A stretch of 42,767 nucleotides of DNA from Hyphomicrobium sp. (GTDB taxonomy: Bacteria; Pseudomonadota; Alphaproteobacteria; Rhizobiales; Hyphomicrobiaceae). Made by a program: the position numbers and the translations under genes. The notes beneath the pieces are model-generated. The model saw only the letters and a program-made list of their open reading frames with translations, did no database searches and was not told the DNA's origin. The stretch is taken from NCBI GenBank assembly GCA_036560245.1, contig DATBRP010000288.1, positions 1 through 42,767 on the forward strand, in the 5' to 3' direction. Each line of letters opens with the position of its first letter. The stretch's first letter is position 1. Shown here in pieces: positions 17,869 through 27,574 of this stretch.

Positions 17869-18843
17869 ATGTCGAAAAGGATGTTTGGCGCGGTTGCCAT
17901 TTTGGCGGTCGTTTGCCTGGCGGTGGCTTTTGGCGGATTGACCCCTGCGCTCGCCGGCCTCGGGCAGCCAACGGACGGTGAGCTTGGCCTGCAGGCCTCC
18001 GCGTCTCCCATAATGGATCAGATCACAAGTCTCTTCCACATCGTCAACACGGTCATCATCGTCGTCGTTCTTTTCGTACTCACGCTGATGGTTTGGGTCA
18101 TGTACCGCTTCAGCGAGAAGAACAACCCGACGCCGTCGCGGACTACCCATCACACGATGCTCGAGGTGGCCTGGACAATCCTCCCCATCCTCATCCTGGT
18201 CGGCATCGCCATTCCCTCATTTCATTTGCTCTTCAATCAGTACACATTTCCCAAGCCCGATGTGACGATCAAGGCCGTCGGCAACGCTTGGTTCTGGGAG
18301 CATGAATATCTCGACGATAAGGTCACGATCACATCCAATATGGTCAATGACGAGGACGTATTGCGCGCCAAAATCGGCGACGACGCCTTCGACAAGAAGT
18401 ACGGTAAGCTCGATGGCGTAGCGCTGCACAACGCCTTGTATCAGGACTCGCTGCCCGTATGGGCCGAGGACCATAAGCTTCGTCGCTTGACGGTCGATCA
18501 AGAAATCGCTGTTCCGGTCAATAAGGTCGTGGACGTGCTCGTGACGTCGAACGACGTCATCCATTCTTGGACCGTTCCCTCGTTCGGCGTGAAGATGCAG
18601 GCGGTGCCGGGCCGTACGTCCGCTGTCTGGTTCAAGGCCACGAAGATCGGAACGTATCGCGGTCAGTGCTCGGTGCTCTGCGGCAAGCTGCATTCGGCCA
18701 TGCCGATTATCGTCCGGGTCGTCGACCAGCCGGTCTACGACGCTTGGATGGCGGCGCTGAAGGCGAAGGACAAGAAGAAAGCTCAGCAAATTCTTGATGC
18801 GGATGCTGCAAGTCACGCCAATCAAGTTGCTGCGGCTCAGTAA
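17869..18843 (+). CDS. coxB: cytochrome c oxidase subunit II
   Basis: Signal peptide, two TMs, LEVAWT, WFW aromatic motif, DVIHSW and CuA ligands C-x3-C-x3-H-x2-M (CSVLCGKLHSAM). Confidence 0.95.
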   Translation: MSKRMFGAVAILAVVCLAVAFGGLTPALAGLGQPTDGELGLQASASPIMDQITSLFHIVNTVIIVVVLFVLTLMVWVMYRFSEKNNPTPSRTTHHTMLEVAWTILPILILVGIAIPSFHLLFNQYTFPKPDVTIKAVGNAWFWEHEYLDDKVTITSNMVNDEDVLRAKIGDDAFDKKYGKLDGVALHNALYQDSLPVWAEDHKLRRLTVDQEIAVPVNKVVDVLVTSNDVIHSWTVPSFGVKMQAVPGRTSAVWFKATKIGTYRGQCSVLCGKLHSAMPIIVRVVDQPVYDAWMAALKAKDKKKAQQILDADAASHANQVAAAQ

Positions 18844-18852
18844 GGTTTTGCC

Positions 18853-18880
18853 GAGCGGCGGGTCAGTGATCCGCCGTTTC
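18853..18880 (+). other. intercistronic stem-loop between coxB and coxA
   Basis: GCGGCGGGTCA-G-TGATCCGCCGT inverted repeat just after the coxB stop. Confidence 0.4.
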
Positions 18881-18934
18881 GGCGCTTTAACAAAATACAA
18901 CTAAAGAAAACATCCGGGACAAGGGCTCTACGAT

Positions 18935-20560
18935 ATGGGAAGCACGGCATACGCAGCGGGCGACGGCCACGACCACGCGCCGGGGTTTTTTAGGCGCTGG
19001 TTCTGTTCGACGAACCACAAGGACATCGGCACGATGTACCTGTTGTTCGCGATTTTCGCGGGCTGCATCGGCGTCTTCCTGTCAGTGATGATGCGTCTCG
19101 AACTCGCGCAGCCTGGTCTCCAGTATTTCGCCAACGAGGGAATCTATAACGTCTTTGTCTCGGCTCATGGCCTGATCATGATTTTCTTCATGATCATGCC
19201 GGCGATGATCGGGGGCTTCGGCAATTGGTTTGTCCCGTTGATGATCGGCGCGCCGGATATGGCGTTCCCACGTATGAACAATATCAGCTTCTGGCTTTTG
19301 CCGGCTGCGTTCGCGCTGTTCCTGATCTCGCTTTTCGTTCCCGGCACGGCCGATGCGAACGGCGCCGGCGCCGGCTGGATTCTCGTGGTGCCGCTTTCGA
19401 GCAAAATCGGTCACCCCGGTCCGGCTGTCGATTTCGCAATTCTGGCTATCCACTTGGCTGGCGCATCGTCAATTCTCGGCGCGATCAACTTCATTACGAC
19501 CATCTTCAACATGCGTGCGCCCGGCATGACCATGCATAAGATGCCGTTGTTCGCTTGGTCGGTGTTGGTTACAGCTTTCATGCTGCTTCTTTCGCTCCCC
19601 GTTTTGGCGGGTGCGATCACGATGCTGCTGACGGATCGCAACTTTGGCACGACGTTCTACGATCCTGCCGGTGGCGGCGATCCGCTCCTCTATGCGCATC
19701 TCTTCTGGTTCTTCGGTCATCCCGAAGTCTACATCCTCGTTCTGCCTGGCTTCGGTATGATCAGCCATGTCGTGTCGACGTTCTCGAGAAAGCCGATTTT
19801 CGGCTACCTCGGTATGGCGTATGCGATGGTCGCGATCGGCCTCGTCGGCTTCGTCGTGTGGGCGCACCACATGTACACAGCGGGCCTCAGCGTCGACACG
19901 CAGGCCTACTTCATGTTCGCGACCATGGTCATCGCCGTTCCGACAGGGGTGAAGATATTCTCTTGGATCGCGACGATGTGGGGGGGCTCGATCCAGTTCC
20001 GCGTGCCGATGTTGTGGGCGCTCGGCTTCATCTTCCTGTTTACCGTCGGCGGCGTGACGGGCGTCATGTGCGCCAACGCTGGCGTCGACCGCTCGCTCCA
20101 CAACACCTACTATGTCGTGGCGCATTTCCACTACGTGCTGTCGCTCGGCGCCGTGTTCTCGATTTTTGCGGGCTGGTACTACTGGTTCCCGAAAATGTCG
20201 GGCTACATGTACAACGAGTTCCTCGGCAAGCTGCACTTCTGGCTGACCTTCATCGGCGCCAACATCCTCTTCTTCCCGCAGCACTTCCTGGGCCTTCAGG
20301 GCATGCCGCGCCATTACGCCGACTATCCGGAAGCGTTTAGCTTCTGGAACCAGGTCTCGTCGTACGGGGCTTACATTACGACTGCGGGCCTCTTCGTATT
20401 CCTGTTCGCCATGTTCTACGCGTACTTCATCCGCAAGGAGAAAGCTGCGGACAACCCATGGGGTATCGGCGCGACGACGCTCGAATGGACGCTGCCTTCA
20501 CCGCCCGCGTTCCACTCGTACGAAACGCTGCCGCGGATTGCGTCGACCGATCATCATTGA
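18935..20560 (+). CDS. coxA: cytochrome c oxidase subunit I (aa3, A1 type)
   Basis: [12 protein letters not shown] (heme a His), [10 protein letters not shown] (D-channel), GHPEVY, WAHH (CuB), PTGVK (K-channel) and AHFHY. Also called ctaD. Confidence 0.98.
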   Translation: MGSTAYAAGDGHDHAPGFFRRWFCSTNHKDIGTMYLLFAIFAGCIGVFLSVMMRLELAQPGLQYFANEGIYNVFVSAHGLIMIFFMIMPAMIGGFGNWFVPLMIGAPDMAFPRMNNISFWLLPAAFALFLISLFVPGTADANGAGAGWILVVPLSSKIGHPGPAVDFAILAIHLAGASSILGAINFITTIFNMRAPGMTMHKMPLFAWSVLVTAFMLLLSLPVLAGAITMLLTDRNFGTTFYDPAGGGDPLLYAHLFWFFGHPEVYILVLPGFGMISHVVSTFSRKPIFGYLGMAYAMVAIGLVGFVVWAHHMYTAGLSVDTQAYFMFATMVIAVPTGVKIFSWIATMWGGSIQFRVPMLWALGFIFLFTVGGVTGVMCANAGVDRSLHNTYYVVAHFHYVLSLGAVFSIFAGWYYWFPKMSGYMYNEFLGKLHFWLTFIGANILFFPQHFLGLQGMPRHYADYPEAFSFWNQVSSYGAYITTAGLFVFLFAMFYAYFIRKEKAADNPWGIGATTLEWTLPSPPAFHSYETLPRIASTDHH

Positions 20561-20653
20561 TCTGTCGACATCGATAATCGGGGGCGGCGGCCGAGATCGG
20601 CCGCCACTCTCGCAAAGATAAATAAAGTCATCGATACGAGCGGTACGCAGAAA

Positions 20654-21577
20654 ATGAGCGTCCAAAGCGAAGTCGGCCAGATCGATTTGATAGCCGAGCC
20701 AAGTGTTGGCGATTTCATCCAGCTGATGAAGCCGCGGGTCATGACGCTCGTCATCCTGACGGCGCTTGCCGCGATGTTGGCGGCTCCCGGTGCGCTTAAT
20801 CCGGTCATCGGCACAATCGCGATCATTTCTATCGCCATTGGTGCGGGCGCTTCGGGCGCTCTCAACATGTGGTACGACGCCGATATCGATGCCCGTATGG
20901 CTCGCACTGCGGCCCGTCCGCTGCCGCGCGGCAAGGTTACCCCCGAAGAAGCGCTGAGCTTCGGTGCTGTGCTCTCCGTGGGCTCAGTCGTTACACTTGG
21001 TGTGCTCGTCAATTGGGTGGCGGGCGCATTACTGGCGCTGACGATCGCATTCTACCTCTTCGTCTACACGATGTGGCTGAAACGGCGGACGCCGCACAAC
21101 ATTGTCATCGGCGGCGCGGCCGGTGCTTTCCCGCCGATGATCGGCTGGGCCGTGGTCACCGGAAACGTCAGCTTCGATAGCGTGCTGCTTTTCTTGATCA
21201 TCTTCATGTGGACCCCACCGCATTTCTGGGCTCTGGCGCTCTACCGTTGCCGCGACTACGAGCGCGTCGGAGTGCCGATGCTGCCGGTTGTGGCTGGCCT
21301 TCGGGAAACGCGACGGCAGATCCTTATCTATTCGGTTCTACTGGCCCCGCTTGCCGTGGTGCCGTACTTCGTCGGCCTTGGCGGCGTCGTTTATCTCGCC
21401 TGCTCGGTTGTGCTTGGTCTCATTTTCTTGGGACTAGCCGTGAGGGTGTACGTTACGACGGAAGGTCGCGAGGCAGATACGGCCGCTCGGCAGCTGTTCT
21501 GGTTCTCGATCCTGTATCTTTATACGTTGTTTGCGGTGTTGCTCGTTGAGGCGACAGTCAACCGCATTCTCACCTGA
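20654..21577 (+). CDS. ctaB: protoheme IX farnesyltransferase (heme O synthase)
   Basis: LMKPRV, NMWYDADIDARMARTAARPLPRG, YTMWLKRRTPHNIVIGG, WTPPHFWAL and DYERVGVPMLP. Confidence 0.97.
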   Translation: MSVQSEVGQIDLIAEPSVGDFIQLMKPRVMTLVILTALAAMLAAPGALNPVIGTIAIISIAIGAGASGALNMWYDADIDARMARTAARPLPRGKVTPEEALSFGAVLSVGSVVTLGVLVNWVAGALLALTIAFYLFVYTMWLKRRTPHNIVIGGAAGAFPPMIGWAVVTGNVSFDSVLLFLIIFMWTPPHFWALALYRCRDYERVGVPMLPVVAGLRETRRQILIYSVLLAPLAVVPYFVGLGGVVYLACSVVLGLIFLGLAVRVYVTTEGREADTAARQLFWFSILYLYTLFAVLLVEATVNRILT

Positions 21578-21587
21578 GGAATACTCG

Positions 21588-21746
21588 ATGGACGGCGGCA
21601 AAATCCAGCAGCTCGGTCCGGCAGCCGAAAGGGCTCGTCGAAGGCGCTCGCTCGCTATTGCGTTGACGCTCGGCTTCATGGTTATCGCTTTTTACGTTGC
21701 TACGTTCGTTCGTTTCGGCGACGTCATCACAAATAGCGTCCACTAG
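21588..21746 (+). CDS. small single-TM protein of the cox operon (CoxF-like)
   Basis: GAGGA RBS before ATG 21588. RARRRRSLAIALTLGFMVIAFYVATFVRFG, in the usual position between ctaB and ctaG. Confidence 0.8.
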   Translation: MDGGKIQQLGPAAERARRRRSLAIALTLGFMVIAFYVATFVRFGDVITNSVH

Positions 21747-21770
21747 CGGCAAACGAAGAAAGCTCAGATC

Positions 21771-22370
21771 GTGCAGCCCGCAGAGAAACCTGAGAATACC
21801 TCTCGCAACAATCGGCGGACCGTCTTCGCTTGTCTCGCGGCTTTGGCTGTGATGGGGGCGATCACTGCGGCTTCGCCGCTGCTTTATAGCATTTTCTGCA
21901 AGGCGACGGGTTACGGCGGTACAACGCAACGCGTCGAGAGAAATACCGATAAAGTTCTCAATCGCGTTATCACCGTTCGTTTCGATGCCAATGTCTCTCC
22001 GCAGCTTGCGTGGAAATTTGAACCCGATGTCCCGACCATGAATGTGAAGGTCGGTGAAACGAATTTGGCGTTCTTCCGCGCGACGAACACGTCGGATAAG
22101 CCGCTGACGGGACAAGCCGCCTTCAACGTAACTCCTGAGGTATTCGGGAGTTATTTCAAAAAAATCGAATGCTTCTGCTTCAAAGAGCAGACGCTTCAGC
22201 CTCACCAGACGGTCGAAATGCCGGTGACTTTCTTCATCGATCCGAAAATGGTCGACGACGAGAGCACCAATCAGCTTTCGACGGTTGCGTTGTCGTATGT
22301 TTTCTTTCCAGTTGAAAATCCGGCAGTCGCCAACACGACTCCACCTCAGCCGGAAAAGTCGGGTGGCTGA
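21771..22370 (+). CDS. ctaG: cytochrome c oxidase assembly protein CtaG/Cox11
   Basis: LYSIFCKATGYGGT, VRFDANV, YFKKIECFCF copper motif and VEMPVTFFIDP. Confidence 0.96.
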   Translation: MQPAEKPENTSRNNRRTVFACLAALAVMGAITAASPLLYSIFCKATGYGGTTQRVERNTDKVLNRVITVRFDANVSPQLAWKFEPDVPTMNVKVGETNLAFFRATNTSDKPLTGQAAFNVTPEVFGSYFKKIECFCFKEQTLQPHQTVEMPVTFFIDPKMVDDESTNQLSTVALSYVFFPVENPAVANTTPPQPEKSGG

Positions 22371-22506
22371 GCACGTAAAGGTTCTAACGACGAACGAAGC
22401 CGAAATGGCAAAAGAAACGGGATCGAAAATTTGACCTGTGGAGCGCCAGCGCTCAGCAAGGTTAGGGTTCGATCTGGGAGCACGAACGGGGACGACGGAG
22501 ACCGAA

Positions 22507-23442
22507 ATGGCAGATACGCACGTAAAGCACCATGACTATCACCTTGTAAATCCGAGCCCTTGGCCGCTCCTTGCGTCGTTCGCGGCGTTGGCGACGGCGA
22601 TCGGGGGCATCGCCTGGATGCGTACGCACGTCGATGGCGAAGGCGTGCTCGGCATCAAGGGATGGTATCTGTTCGCGATCGGTTTCACGGCGCTCGTCGC
22701 TTGTGCTTGGGCCTGGTGGATCGACGTGATCCGCGAAGCCAACGAAGGCTATCAGACGCCCGTTGTGCAACTGCATCTGCGCTACGGCATGATCCTGTTC
22801 ATCGCCTCTGAGGTCATGTTCTTCGTCGCGTGGTTCTGGGCTTATTTCGATAATGCCTTGATCCCCGCGGGCGTGCACGAACTCATGAACAACACCGGCC
22901 ACCTCGTCGGTCTGACATCGCGCAACGAGCTTTTCGGCGGACAATGGCCACCGGTCCCGGCCGAGACGGCGGCGACGATCCCCGGCTTCTTCAAGCACAC
23001 GTTCAATCCTTGGAGTTTGCCGCTCGTCAACACGCTCATTCTGTTGACGTCCGGTTGCACGGTAACGTGGGCGCATCACTCGCTTCTGAAGAACGATCGC
23101 CGCGGGCTCGTCATCGGTCTTGTTCTGACGGTTCTGCTCGGCATGACCTTCACGATCTGCCAAGCTATCGAATATAGTGAGGCCGGCTTCAGCTACGCGG
23201 GCCATGCCTACGGTGCCACGTTCTTCATGGCGACCGGCTTCCACGGCGCCCACGTGATCATCGGCACGATCTTCCTACTCGTCTGCTTGATCCGCGCGCT
23301 CAGAGGTGCATTCACGCCGCAGCAGCACTTCGGCTTCGAGGCAGCCGCTTGGTATTGGCACTTCGTTGACGTCGTCTGGTTGTTCCTTTTCGCCTGCATC
23401 TACGTTTGGGGCGCGGGTCCGCTCGTACCGGGCGCAGAATGA
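22507..23442 (+). CDS. coxC: cytochrome c oxidase subunit III
   Basis: GGAG RBS before ATG 22507. HDYHLVNPSPWP, LFIASEVMFF, NTLILLTSG, TGFHGAHV and AAWYWHFVDVVWLFLF. Confidence 0.97.
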   Translation: MADTHVKHHDYHLVNPSPWPLLASFAALATAIGGIAWMRTHVDGEGVLGIKGWYLFAIGFTALVACAWAWWIDVIREANEGYQTPVVQLHLRYGMILFIASEVMFFVAWFWAYFDNALIPAGVHELMNNTGHLVGLTSRNELFGGQWPPVPAETAATIPGFFKHTFNPWSLPLVNTLILLTSGCTVTWAHHSLLKNDRRGLVIGLVLTVLLGMTFTICQAIEYSEAGFSYAGHAYGATFFMATGFHGAHVIIGTIFLLVCLIRALRGAFTPQQHFGFEAAAWYWHFVDVVWLFLFACIYVWGAGPLVPGAE

Positions 23443-23481
23443 GGCGGCAATCTTGCCGCAGGTGAATGCTCACGACATCGC

Positions 23482-23506
23482 AAGAGGCGGCCTTTGGCCG
23501 CCTCTT
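23482..23506 (+). terminator. hairpin / probable terminator after coxC
   Basis: AAGAGGCGGCC-TTT-GGCCGCCTCTT, a perfect 11-bp inverted repeat. Confidence 0.65.
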
Positions 23507-23597
23507 CGTATATCGGCTCGCATCTTCGCAATTGAACTCTCGCGCTCAATACGCGACGTTTGCTGAGCCAAGCACCTAGACAGGAATCGAGTACGTT

Positions 23598-23972
23598 TTG
23601 CCTCGTTCGAGCCCCGCCATTTCGCCTCTAACCGCCGGCTTAACATGCTGCTGCCCGCGCTGCGGCAAGGGCAAACTTTTCGTCAATATGCTCAGCCTTC
23701 GCGAGCGATGCGGTCAGTGCGGTTTGGACTATGGGTTCATCGACACCGGCGACGGTCCAGCCGTCTTCGCGATTTTCATTCTCGGTTTTTTGTGCCTGGG
23801 TGGCGCGCTGATAGCCGAGTTCAAATTCGGCGTCCCGTGGTGGATGCACGTTCTCCTCTGGGGTATTCTGACACCGGTCTTCGCTGTCTTTCTCCTGCGC
23901 TTCCTGAAGGCGACGCTGATCGCACTGCAATTCAAGAACAAGGCCGAGGAAGGTCGCCTCGCCAAGGAGTGA
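23598..23972 (+). CDS. DUF983 domain protein
   Basis: CPRCGKGKLF...CGQCGLDY zinc-ribbon, DTGDGPAVF, two TMs and LIALQF. Conserved between coxC and surf1. Confidence 0.9.
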   Translation: MPRSSPAISPLTAGLTCCCPRCGKGKLFVNMLSLRERCGQCGLDYGFIDTGDGPAVFAIFILGFLCLGGALIAEFKFGVPWWMHVLLWGILTPVFAVFLLRFLKATLIALQFKNKAEEGRLAKE

Positions 23973-23974
23973 AA

Positions 23975-24754
23975 ATGTTCGCGCGCTGGCGTGCCGCCGG
24001 TCTCATCGTGCCTTCGCTTTTGACGCTTGCCTTGCTGCCGGTCCTCATCGGTCTTGGCAATTGGCAATGGCACCGCAAGGCATGGAAGGAAGATCTGATT
24101 GCGAAAATCGAAGCGCGGACGACCGCCGAGCCGGTGTCGTATCCCGCAGCCCTGGCGCAGTACATTAAGACCGGCGATGTCGAATATCTCCATGTGCGCG
24201 TCACCGGCACATACGACTACAGCCAAGAGCGTCATCTCTACGCTCCGACCCCTGCATCGCAAGGTTGGCATATCTACACGTTGTTGAAACCGGAAGGCGG
24301 TCTACCACCAGTCTTCGTCAATCGTGGCTGGGTCCCCGATACGCTTAAAGATCCTTCGAAACGTGCCCAAGGCCAGGTAGCGGGCCCAGTGACGGTGACG
24401 GGTCTCGTTCGCCTCCCCGAACACAAAGGATGGTTTACGCCCGACAACGACTACGGCGGCAATCGCTGGTATTGGCGCGATCTCGGGGCCATGCAGTGGG
24501 GAGCTCAGGGTCCGCCATCTCCGTTGCAGTTCAATGCTGAGAAACAGCAAGCCGATGCTCCCTTCTCGATCGACGCTGATGCGTCTCCGGCAAATCCGGG
24601 TGGTTGGCCGAAGGGCGGCACGACGCGGATCAACCTACCCAATTCACATCTACAGTATGTCGTGACTTGGTACGGCACGGCGCTGGCCCTGATAGGCGTT
24701 TTCATCGTCTTCGCCCGCCAGCGGCTTCAGGCGACCAAGGACGAAACCCCATAA
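23975..24754 (+). CDS. surf1: SURF1/Shy1 family cytochrome oxidase assembly protein
   Basis: LIGLGNWQWHRKAWK, VFVNRGWVP and NSHLQYVVTWY. ATG at 23975. Confidence 0.93.
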   Translation: MFARWRAAGLIVPSLLTLALLPVLIGLGNWQWHRKAWKEDLIAKIEARTTAEPVSYPAALAQYIKTGDVEYLHVRVTGTYDYSQERHLYAPTPASQGWHIYTLLKPEGGLPPVFVNRGWVPDTLKDPSKRAQGQVAGPVTVTGLVRLPEHKGWFTPDNDYGGNRWYWRDLGAMQWGAQGPPSPLQFNAEKQQADAPFSIDADASPANPGGWPKGGTTRINLPNSHLQYVVTWYGTALALIGVFIVFARQRLQATKDETP

Positions 24755-24862
24755 ATTTAACATCCTGCCGAATTTGGTCTGTACATCCGGCGCGCGGCTT
24801 GTTCCGTCTCGTCGGGACCACTAGGTTTCGGCATTGCTTCTAGATACGTCGACAGTGAGATC

Positions 24863-26269
24863 GTGACTTTGAAATACATTTCTACGCGCGGCGTGGCGGA
24901 AGCGCTCGGGTTCGAGGACGTCCTGCTCGCCGGCCTTGCGCGCGATGGAGGTCTCTATGTTCCCGAAACATGGCCTACGTTAGCGCCTGCCACCATCGCG
25001 TCATTTGCTACAAAGCCTTTTGTCGAGATCGCCGTCGAGGTCATTCATCCATTTACGGGCGATGAAATTACCCGCGATGAACTTCGCCGTATGGCGGCCG
25101 AGGCCTACGCAACTTTCGATACACCGCAGGTGACGCCACTCGTATATCTCAAGCCCGGCCTCACGGTGCTCGAACTCTTCCACGGCCCGACCCTGGCGTT
25201 CAAAGACGTTGCGATGCAGCTCTTGGCCCGGCTGATGGATCACGTCCTCGAGAAGCGCAACGCACGCGCGACGATTGTCGGAGCAACCTCGGGCGACACC
25301 GGCGGCGCTGCCATCGAAGCCTTCCGCTCTTCGAAGCGCGTCGACATCTTCATTCTCTTTCCTGAAGGCCGCGTCTCCGACGTGCAACGGCGAATGATGA
25401 CGACGCCGATGGAATCGAACGTCCACGCGGTTGCAGTCCGCGGCACCTTTGACGACTGCCAAGCTCTCGTCAAAGCCATGTTCAACGATCATGCGTTCCG
25501 CGATCGGGTCAAACTTTCGGGAGTCAATTCGATCAACTGGGCGCGCATCGTCGCGCAGGTGACATATTATTTCTGGGCCGCGTCGCGGCTCGGCGCGACA
25601 AAGCCGTTATCGTTTTCTGTGCCGACCGGCAATTTCGGCGACATCTTTGCGGGTTACGTCGCAAAGCGAATGGGACTGCAAATAGGCAAGCTCATTATCG
25701 CTTCAAATGAAAATGATATTCTGCCGCGCGCCGTCGATACCGGCGTTTATGCGATGAAGGATGTCGTCGCGACTACATCTCCATCGATGGACATCCAAAT
25801 TTCTTCGAATTTCGAGCGCTATCTGTTTGAAGCCTCGGAACGTGATGCCGATTTCGTCCGCAGTTCGATGGCCTCGCTGATCGCTACGGGCCGCTTTGAG
25901 CTTGGTCGAGTCTGGCCACATCTTACAGCGGACTTCGCCGCGGTTTCGGCATCGGAAAGGGACGTTGCCGCCTGCATCAAAGGCGTCAAAGAGAAGTATG
26001 GCTACGTCCTTGATCCGCATACCGCGTGTGCCTTCGTCGCCGCTGAGCGCGGCACGACGGGGGATGACACAGTCGTGCTCTCGACCGCGCATCCGGCGAA
26101 ATTCCCTGACGCGATCGAAGCGATCACCGGCACGCGTCCGGAGCTGCCGGCACATCTCGCGTATCTGATGCGCGACGCCGAGCGTTTCGAGACACTGCCC
26201 AATAGTCTTTCCGAAGCGCAGAATTTCGTCCTGAAGCGCTGCCATATCTCCACGGGGTCTGCATCATGA
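24863..26269 (+). CDS. thrC: threonine synthase
   Basis: YISTRG, GLARDGGLYVP, LELFHGPTLAFKD (PLP Lys), ATSGDTG, NSINWAR, VPTGNFG and TAHPAKF. Confidence 0.97.
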   Translation: MTLKYISTRGVAEALGFEDVLLAGLARDGGLYVPETWPTLAPATIASFATKPFVEIAVEVIHPFTGDEITRDELRRMAAEAYATFDTPQVTPLVYLKPGLTVLELFHGPTLAFKDVAMQLLARLMDHVLEKRNARATIVGATSGDTGGAAIEAFRSSKRVDIFILFPEGRVSDVQRRMMTTPMESNVHAVAVRGTFDDCQALVKAMFNDHAFRDRVKLSGVNSINWARIVAQVTYYFWAASRLGATKPLSFSVPTGNFGDIFAGYVAKRMGLQIGKLIIASNENDILPRAVDTGVYAMKDVVATTSPSMDIQISSNFERYLFEASERDADFVRSSMASLIATGRFELGRVWPHLTADFAAVSASERDVAACIKGVKEKYGYVLDPHTACAFVAAERGTTGDDTVVLSTAHPAKFPDAIEAITGTRPELPAHLAYLMRDAERFETLPNSLSEAQNFVLKRCHISTGSAS

Positions 26270-27567
26270 CGACCGATCTGACGACGCTTGCCAACGGTAT
26301 TCGCGTCGCGACGCATCGGATGCCCAATCTCGAAACGGTATCCCTCGGCGTTTGGGTGGCTGTGGGTTCGCGCCACGAGCGCGATGACCAGCATGGTCTG
26401 TCCCACTTCCTTGAGCACATGGCGTTCAAAGGTACCAAGTCGCGGTCTGCGCGCACTATCGCCGACGAGATCGAAAGCGTCGGAGGCGATCTCAATGCCT
26501 CGACCGGCCTTGATACAACGGCTTATTACGCACGCGTATTGAAAGGCGACGAAAGCGTTGCCCTGGAGCTGATTGCCGACATTCTCCTCAACTCAAAATT
26601 TGCGGCCGGCGACCTCGATCGGGAGCGCGTCGTCATTCAGCAGGAGATCGCCGGCACCGACGACAACCCCGATGACCTTGTCTTCGATCTGATGCAAAGC
26701 GCGGCCTTTCCCGATCAGGCAATCGGCCGGCCGATCCTCGGCACCAAAGCGAGTGTCGGGCGATTTCACGCGGCCGATCTGAACGCCTATCTGGGAGAAC
26801 ACTATCTCCCTGATGCGATTGTGGTTTCGGCGGCCGGCGCTGTCCACCACGAGCACATCGTCCGCCACGTTGAGGCCCTATTCGGGGGGCTCAGTAAAGG
26901 GCGCCGCGGGAGTGAATCGCAGGCGCGCTACCGGGGTGGATTTGCGGCGGCGGGAAAGACGTTCGAGCAGAGCCACGTTCTGATCGGACTGCCGTCGCCA
27001 TCGTGTCTGGAACCGGAATTTTATACCGCTCAGGTCTTTTCCGGTCTGTTCGGTGGCGGAATGTCGTCTCGTCTGTTTCAGGAAATTCGCGAAGATCGAG
27101 GTCTTTGTTATTCGATCTACTCGACGGTTTGGGGGGTGAAAGACACCGGAATGCTGGCCGTGCATGCCGCGACGGGGCCCGAAATGGTCGAGGAGCTTGC
27201 CGCCGTGGTAGCTCAGGAGCTTGCCGCCCTCGCGGAGGCGGGACCGACCGATGCTGAATTGCAGCGTTCCAAGGCTCAGTTGAAGGCCGGGCTTCTGATG
27301 GCACTCGAAAGCTCTTCCGTGAACGCCGAACAGATGGCGAGGCAGCTTCTTGCGCAAGGGCGGCTCGTCGCCATTTCGGAGTTGATCGAGGAAGTCGAGA
27401 ACGTCGACCATCGGCGCATCAAATCATTTGCCGGCCGCTTGCGGGACGAAATTGCCTCCGTCGCCGTGATCGGTTCAGGACGAAAATCAGCCGGACAGGC
27501 TTCCCGTGTCGCTGCACTGTTCACGCCCGCCGAGGCCCGTGTTACGAACGGCCAGGGAACGAGGTAA
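26266..27567 (+). CDS. M16 family zinc peptidase (processing-peptidase-like)
   Basis: GSRHE...GLSHFLEHMAFKGT (HXXEH) and FGGGMSSRLFQEIREDRGLCYS. Confidence 0.95.
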   Translation: MTTDLTTLANGIRVATHRMPNLETVSLGVWVAVGSRHERDDQHGLSHFLEHMAFKGTKSRSARTIADEIESVGGDLNASTGLDTTAYYARVLKGDESVALELIADILLNSKFAAGDLDRERVVIQQEIAGTDDNPDDLVFDLMQSAAFPDQAIGRPILGTKASVGRFHAADLNAYLGEHYLPDAIVVSAAGAVHHEHIVRHVEALFGGLSKGRRGSESQARYRGGFAAAGKTFEQSHVLIGLPSPSCLEPEFYTAQVFSGLFGGGMSSRLFQEIREDRGLCYSIYSTVWGVKDTGMLAVHAATGPEMVEELAAVVAQELAALAEAGPTDAELQRSKAQLKAGLLMALESSSVNAEQMARQLLAQGRLVAISELIEEVENVDHRRIKSFAGRLRDEIASVAVIGSGRKSAGQASRVAALFTPAEARVTNGQGTR

Positions 27568-27574
27568 CGACGCC

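Noticed and set aside
17869-20560. coxB and coxA as decaying pseudogenes
   Set aside because: The frames are intact, all redox-metal ligands and channel residues are retained, assembly genes are complete, and the substitutions cluster in one structural region.
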